A DNA stretch of 50,206 bases from Planctomycetota bacterium (GTDB lineage Bacteria > Planctomycetota > SZUA-567 > H5-PLA8), in the NCBI GenBank assembly GCA_045863855.1, contig BTVV01000038.1, positions 1-50,206 of the forward strand. The letters run 5' to 3'. Of this stretch, positions 45,129-50,206 are shown piece after piece. The position numbers and the translations under genes are program-made. The stretch's first letter is position 1. Each line of letters opens with the position of its first letter. The notes beneath the pieces were generated by a model. It was not told the origin of the DNA, did not search any database, and was given only the letters and a program-made list of their open reading frames with translations.

Positions 45129-45559
45129 GCGCGCGGGGGAATATCCTTGAGCCATTGCGCGAGCGAATCTTTGGAAAGCGGTTTGGGAATCAGACGAACG
45201 CGCCAATCTCGGAGCCAGTTGCGCAAGCCTTCGTCGGCGAAAGCGGTGATCATGGCGATGGGCGCCTGTGGGAAAGCCGCGCGGAACAAGCGGACGACTT
45301 CGCAGCCTTCGGCGTCGGGCAGCCGGAAATCGACCAGCAGGCCGTCGAAGCGTTCTTCGATGAAGGTCATGTCCTGGAGCATTTCGACGGCTTCGCCGAC
45401 GGTGCTGACGGTGACGTGGCGCGCGCCGATGGAATCGAGCCACCAAGTGAGCGCTTGCGCGACGCCGTGATCGTCGTCGACGACGAGGATCACCGGGGTC
45501 GAAGCGCGTTCGCTTCGGCGGGCAGTCCGGTTCAAAACCGGGTTGGGTCGATTCGGCAT
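45101..45559 (-). CDS. Single-domain response regulator (REC)
   Basis: ILVVDDD, LLVDFRLPDAEG, MITA and IPKPL. The 3' end overlaps the convergent gene by 28 nt. Confidence 0.8.
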   Translation of the reverse strand: MPNRPNPVLNRTARRSERASTPVILVVDDDHGVAQALTWWLDSIGARHVTVSTVGEAVEMLQDMTFIEERFDGLLVDFRLPDAEGCEVVRLFRAAFPQAPIAMITAFADEGLRNWLRDWRVRLIPKPLSKDSLAQWLKDIPPRAQGAGLEQP

Positions 45560-45721
45560 GGCGCACCTCGCGGCCAGGCACAACGTACGAGGGTGATGCG
45601 AGCAATCCGAAGGCCAGAGATGCGAGCGGGTATTGGCGGGAGCGAGGTGGCTCGCCGAACCTGAAGTGAAGCCGAAATGGGCAGGTGCCGCCGGATATTG
45701 TACAGCGACAGGAGGCGCCGA

Positions 45722-46297
45722 GTGAAACGACGAGCCGCCGCTTTCGCAGTCTGGATAGGAATTCTCCTGGCTGGTTGCGGGAAGGGCGAGCCTCCCCAAG
45801 CGCCCCCGTCATCGCCGAAGCCGAGCGCTCCGGTGACTCCGCCTTCGATCTCTGCTTCGGGTGCGCTTCCTCCGACGGAGCGGCCGGAGCGTCCTGAGGC
45901 GGTCCTGCAATCGCGTACAAAGGCCAGCGAGAGTCTGGATGCGTTCTTGCACAGTTACTTTCAAAGCTGGTCGTCGGGCGAGATGGAGGCGTATCGCGCG
46001 CATTTTCATCCGCAGGCGCGAATCTACGTGCTGCGCGCGGGGCGGATCGTGAGCGCCCAGGATTTGCCCGAGTTCGCGGCGGAGCAGGAACGGCTGGTGC
46101 GCGAAGCGGCGACGCCGATGCTGGAGACGCTGGAGCGGTACGAAGTCCACGAGGATGTGGCGGCGGCGAGCGTGACGGCGGAGTGGAAACTGGTAAAAGG
46201 CGCTGAGGTGGACCGTGGGGTGGACCGGTTTACGATCATCCGCGGTTCGTCGGGTTCGTGGCAGATCGTGGCGCTGGTATTCTACAAACGAGAATAG
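45722..46297 (+). CDS. Lipoprotein with NTF2/SnoaL-like domain
   Basis: GTG start after AGGAGG; lipobox LAGC; Pro-rich linker; YFQSWSSG..YRAHFHP...GVDRFT...WQIV. Confidence 0.75.
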   Translation: MKRRAAAFAVWIGILLAGCGKGEPPQAPPSSPKPSAPVTPPSISASGALPPTERPERPEAVLQSRTKASESLDAFLHSYFQSWSSGEMEAYRAHFHPQARIYVLRAGRIVSAQDLPEFAAEQERLVREAATPMLETLERYEVHEDVAAASVTAEWKLVKGAEVDRGVDRFTIIRGSSGSWQIVALVFYKRE

Positions 46298-46323
46298 GCC
46301 CAAGACGCGGGCCGATCCTGCGG

Positions 46324-46905
46324 TCAATCGACGACGCTGCCGCCGCAGGCCCGCAGGGCCTCGTGCAGGTGTTTGACCAGATCGTGCTCGTCGCGGGTGA
46401 CGATCCCGTCGGCGCAGACGGACTGGAGGCATTCGAGGAAGACGGCGTAATGGACGCCGCGGGCTTCGTCCTCGGAGATGCCGAACTCCTTCTTGTATTT
46501 GCGCAGCTTGTCTACTTCCTCGCGCGTGACCTGCATGTTGGCGAGGGTTTCGAGCAACACCTTGCGGTACTTCTCCTGTACCAGGTTTTTGGATTCGGCG
46601 AAGCCGATCTTCTTCTGCTCGTCGCCCACGCGGATGGCGAGGGGGCGTCGGGGCGTGAAGGTTTGGTCGGCGTCGGCGACTTTCGTGATCAAGTTTAGGT
46701 GGAAGAAGCGCCAGCCCGGATCGGGGCTGATCTGGTAGGCCTTGACCATGACGCCGGCTGGCGTCTCGGTGACGGCGTAGGGTTCGACGAGGCGGGTCTT
46801 TTCTTCGCCGGTCAGAGCGGTGAAGTAGGTGAGGTTCAAGGCGTGGCGATTGTAAGCGGCCTTGAGGACCACCTGGAGGTGTTGTTTTTCGAGGTCGGTC
46901 AGCAT
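46324..46905 (-). CDS. WYL-domain protein fused to TerB-like helical repeats
   Basis: LNLTY...KTRLVEPY...WRFFHLNLI (WYL-like), then two (N/D)xxVTR(E/D)E helical repeats. GGAGGAG RBS. Confidence 0.65.
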   Translation of the reverse strand: MLTDLEKQHLQVVLKAAYNRHALNLTYFTALTGEEKTRLVEPYAVTETPAGVMVKAYQISPDPGWRFFHLNLITKVADADQTFTPRRPLAIRVGDEQKKIGFAESKNLVQEKYRKVLLETLANMQVTREEVDKLRKYKKEFGISEDEARGVHYAVFLECLQSVCADGIVTRDEHDLVKHLHEALRACGGSVVD

Positions 46906-47082
46906 CGCGATCTCCTCCGTATTGCCGCTATTAAAAGACTCTCACATCATCTTATGCCCGATCCGGCAGTCTGTCGAATAGCTTAAAGGTCCAGAAAGTG
47001 CGGCGGCTCGTTCCAGGGCGTTCTGGCGGCGGGCGTGATTGAATACCGGGGATCTTGGAAATCCCCGGAGGCGGAACGTCCC

Positions 47083-47832
47083 ATGTCCATCGAGACGATT
47101 GGGTTGAGCGGCGAAGAGCGGGAGCGTTTTCATCGCGAAGGTTACCTGGGACCCTATGCGATCGGCCGGCCCGAGGCGGTGCGCGAGATCTGCGCCCGGC
47201 TGGAGCGCGAGGTTCAGCCGACGCCGGGGCCTTGGGCGAAGCATCCCGACCAGATGCGGCACCTGGACAGCGCGGAGGTGCGCGGATTGGTGGCGCATCC
47301 GGCGATCGTGGAACGTCTGGCCGGTTTGTACGGGGCGGATCTGGCGTGCTGGCGGAGCAATTTTTTCTTCAAGGCGCCCGGCGGGAAGGAAGTGCCGTGG
47401 CATCAGGATGCCGAGTTCTGGGAATTGGATCCGCCGGTAAACGTGACGTGCTGGCTGGCGCTGGACGACGTGACGCGCGAGAACGCGTGCATGCAGATCG
47501 TTCCGGGCAGCCATAAGCGCATTGTGCCGCACGTGGCCGCAGGCCAGGAGATGCTTTTCGAGAAGAAGGCCGATCCGAAGCTGGTGCCGCTCGAGAAGGC
47601 CATCGACGTGGAACTGAAAGCGGGCGAGTTCATTCTCTTTAACGAACGGCTGCTGCATCACAGCGAAGCCAACCGGTCAGCGCGCTGGCGCAAGAACATG
47701 GTGATCCGCTACACGGTGCCGTTCGTGCACGTGCCGCCGTTGTACGAAGGGTACACGCTGACGATGGTGCGCGGCGAAGATCGCTTCAACCTGAATCCGA
47801 GTGTGGCGCTGGCGGAACTCGCGGCGGTGTAA
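47083..47832 (+). CDS. Phytanoyl-CoA dioxygenase (PhyH) family Fe(II)/2-oxoglutarate oxygenase
   Basis: VPWHQD, TCWLALDD...ENACMQIVPGSH and LHHSEANRS..R motifs. Confidence 0.9.
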   Translation: MSIETIGLSGEERERFHREGYLGPYAIGRPEAVREICARLEREVQPTPGPWAKHPDQMRHLDSAEVRGLVAHPAIVERLAGLYGADLACWRSNFFFKAPGGKEVPWHQDAEFWELDPPVNVTCWLALDDVTRENACMQIVPGSHKRIVPHVAAGQEMLFEKKADPKLVPLEKAIDVELKAGEFILFNERLLHHSEANRSARWRKNMVIRYTVPFVHVPPLYEGYTLTMVRGEDRFNLNPSVALAELAAV

Positions 47833-47839
47833 CGCGTTT

Positions 47840-48280
47840 TCAGAAGGAAACCTGAGCGCGCGTGCGGACGATGAACACGGACTCCTGCTTGAAGCGCTTC
47901 TTGTAGGCCGCGGCGATGGCATCCACTCGTGCGCGGTGCTCGTCGCCGTCGGGGTGCAGCACGAGCAGCACCTTGGACGGTTCACGGACGAGTTTTCCGT
48001 CTTGTCCCAGGTATTGGCCGCTGGCGTCGAAGACGGTAAGCCCTTCGCGAAAGCGCGGGGTGACTTCCGTATCCAAAAAGGCCTTCCATTCGGCGGTGCT
48101 GACTTGTCCTCCACCGGGGATGTTCATGCCCATGTAGCATTCGGTGCGAACCCATGCCGGCTCGGCGGCTTCGGGCGGGTTGCGCGGTTCGGCCCGATGC
48201 TTGCAGCCGGCCAGGAAGCTTCCCGCCAGCACGATCGCCGCGTAGAACGCGACTCGAGCACGGCTTAGGGGGCGCTTCAT
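47840..48280 (-). CDS. DUF3574 family lipoprotein
   Basis: Lipobox LAGC; WVRTECYMG...EWKAFLDTEVTPRFREGLTVFDASGQY...YKKRFKQESV. Confidence 0.85.
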   Translation of the reverse strand: MKRPLSRARVAFYAAIVLAGSFLAGCKHRAEPRNPPEAAEPAWVRTECYMGMNIPGGGQVSTAEWKAFLDTEVTPRFREGLTVFDASGQYLGQDGKLVREPSKVLLVLHPDGDEHRARVDAIAAAYKKRFKQESVFIVRTRAQVSF

Positions 48281-48291
48281 CGGGCGCGCCT

Positions 48292-50103
48292 TCAGGCGGA
48301 CGCCGCTTTCTTCAGGCGCGCTTCGAGGGCGTCGAGTTCCCGGTTCAGTTCCGGCGGCAGTCGGTCGCCGAACTTTTCGTAATGCTTGCGGATGGCGGGA
48401 ATCTCGCACAGCCAGGCTGGAGCGTCGCAACGCAAGAGTTCACGAAGGTCTTCGGGGGCGACTTCAAGTCCAATGAGGTCGAGCGACTCGGCGGTGGGAA
48501 GGTGGCCGATGGGCGATTCGACTGCGGCGGCGCGGCCTTCGATGCGGTCGACGATCCACTTCAGGACGCGGCTGTTCTCGCCGAAGCCAGGCCAGAGGAA
48601 GCGGCCGTCGGCGCTCTTGCGGAACCAGTTGACGAGATAAATGCGCGGGAGCTTGGCCGCATCGTGTTCGCGCCCAATCTTGAGCCAATGCGCGAAATAG
48701 TCACCCATGTGGTAGCCGCAGAAGGGCAGCATGGCGAACGGATCGAAGCGCAGGTCTCCGATCGAGCCGGTGGCGGCGGCGGTTTTCTCGCTGCTGACAA
48801 AGGTGCCCAAGAAGGTGCCGTACGACCACGACGGCGCTTCGCAGGCGAGCGGCACGGTGGTGGCTCGGCGGCCTCCGAAGAGGATGGCGCTGATGGGCAC
48901 GCCGCGGGGATCCTGCCATTCGGCTGCGATAACGGGGCACTGCCAGGCGGGCGCGGTGAAGCGTGCATTGGGGTGCGCGGCGGGCCGTCCGGATTCGGGG
49001 GTCCAGGGCCGGCGCAGCCAATCGACGAGGTGCGAGGGCGGGCGGCGGGTCATGCCGTCCCACCAGACGTCCCCGCCAAGTGTGGCGGCGCAGTTGGTGA
49101 AGATGCAGTTGGCGTCGAGCGCGCGCATGGCGTTGAAATTGGTTTCATCGCTGGTGCCGGGCGCGACGCCGAAGAACCCGGCCTCGGGGTTGATCGCGTA
49201 CAAGCGTCCGTCGGTTCCAAACTTCATCCAAGCGATGTCGTCGCCGATAACTTCCACCTTCCAGTGCGGCAGGGTGGGGATGAGCATGGCGAGGTTGGTT
49301 TTTCCGCAGGCGCTGGGGAAGGCGGCGGCCAAGTAATGCGGCTGACCGCGCGGCGGCGTGACTTTGAGGATGAGCATGTGCTCGGCCAGCCAGCCTTCGT
49401 CGCGGGCTTGGACGCTGGCGATGCGCAGCGCGTGGCACTTCTTGCCGAGGAGCGCGTTGCCGCCGTAGCCGGAGCCGTAAGACAGAATCTCGCGCGTCTC
49501 GGGAAAGTGGCAGATGTACTTGTTGGTGGCGTTGCAGGGCCAAGGGACATCGGGCTGCTTGGGATCGGAGAGCGGGTATCCGACGGAGTGCAGTCCACGG
49601 ACGAACTCTCCGTCATCTCCGAGTGCCTCGAGCACCCGGCGGCCGACGCGGGTCATGATCTGCATGCTGCAGACGACGTACGGACTGTCGGTGAGCTGCA
49701 CGCCGATCTTCGCGATGGGCGAATCGACGGGCCCCATGCTGTAGGGGATGACATAGAGCGTGCGCCCTTGCATGGAGCCGGCGAAAAGTTCCTTTAGCCG
49801 CGCGCGCATCTTGTCGGGGGCTTCCCAGTGGTTGGTCGGCCCGGCGTCGCTTTCTTTTTCGGAGCAAATGTAGGTGCGGTCTTCGACGCGCGCGGTGTCT
49901 GCGGGGTCGCTTCGGGCGAGGAAGCAGTTGGGGCGTATCGACTCGTTAAGCTTGATGAGCGTGCCCGTATCGACCATGAGGCGCGTGAGCCAGCGGTATT
50001 CTTCGGCGCTGCCTTCGCACCAGTGAACGTTTAATGGTTTGCAAAGCGTGACAATCTCACTGACCCACTGTTTGAGCGTTGTGTGATTGGTGGTCACAGA
50101 CAT
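48292..50103 (-). CDS. pckG: Phosphoenolpyruvate carboxykinase (GTP)
   Basis: [66 protein letters not shown] and [11 protein letters not shown] motifs. Confidence 0.97.
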   Translation of the reverse strand: MSVTTNHTTLKQWVSEIVTLCKPLNVHWCEGSAEEYRWLTRLMVDTGTLIKLNESIRPNCFLARSDPADTARVEDRTYICSEKESDAGPTNHWEAPDKMRARLKELFAGSMQGRTLYVIPYSMGPVDSPIAKIGVQLTDSPYVVCSMQIMTRVGRRVLEALGDDGEFVRGLHSVGYPLSDPKQPDVPWPCNATNKYICHFPETREILSYGSGYGGNALLGKKCHALRIASVQARDEGWLAEHMLILKVTPPRGQPHYLAAAFPSACGKTNLAMLIPTLPHWKVEVIGDDIAWMKFGTDGRLYAINPEAGFFGVAPGTSDETNFNAMRALDANCIFTNCAATLGGDVWWDGMTRRPPSHLVDWLRRPWTPESGRPAAHPNARFTAPAWQCPVIAAEWQDPRGVPISAILFGGRRATTVPLACEAPSWSYGTFLGTFVSSEKTAAATGSIGDLRFDPFAMLPFCGYHMGDYFAHWLKIGREHDAAKLPRIYLVNWFRKSADGRFLWPGFGENSRVLKWIVDRIEGRAAAVESPIGHLPTAESLDLIGLEVAPEDLRELLRCDAPAWLCEIPAIRKHYEKFGDRLPPELNRELDALEARLKKAASA

Positions 50104-50206
50104 GATCCTCGCGACGCGCGAAACCGGGTGCGGCATAAGGCTGCGTTAGTGCACTTTATAGGTGAGAAGCATTCGAGGCGACAATCGCATTTCACATCGG
50201 AATATA

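Noticed and set aside
1..50206. CRISPR arrays, tRNA/rRNA genes, IS transposases, prophage genes, KOPS polarity
   Set aside because: No repeat-spacer array, cloverleaf or recombinase motif was recognised. The few GGGNAGGG motifs seen occur on the + strand on both sides of the candidate origin, so they give no support.

Overview
High-GC (roughly 65-70% in most genes) bacterial chromosomal segment with about 40 protein-coding genes. The gene content suggests a PVC-group organism, probably Planctomycetota (inference): DUF1570-like, GYF_2, DUF3592, HEAT/TPR and sulfatase proteins plus a prepilin-DUF2950-like pair. Left to right: an SRPBCC / BNR beta-propeller / MoaD-like / DUF1428 operon; a MacB-type ABC exporter operon headed by a frameshifted Cys-rich leader gene; a DUF1570-like metallopeptidase; a ClC-CBS protein; two tandem type IV pilin-like genes behind a probable sigma-54 promoter and a long structured leader; rlmN; a TMTC-like glycosyltransferase; a ~0.9 kb non-coding gap; a low-GC gene bracketed by inverted REP-like hairpin units; a dicarboxylate symporter; a convergent histidine kinase / NtrC-type regulator pair; secreted beta-helix proteins; a signalling-rich block (GYF_2-TM-TPR-CHAT protease, PqqD/RRE-like fusion, HEAT-TPR, cNMP-binding, STAS-like, REC); an MFS transporter; a Ser-type sulfatase; a WYL-TerB-like fusion; a PhyH dioxygenase; and pckG. 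The strongest structural signal is at ~17.5-17.8 kb. It holds a perfect parS palindrome and an AT-rich patch, and hand-sampled + strand GC skew switches there from C-rich to G-rich. This points to a candidate replication origin with no dnaA or parAB in the window. No rRNA, tRNA, CRISPR array, integrase or transposase was recognised. All family assignments come from motif recognition by eye, not from database searches.
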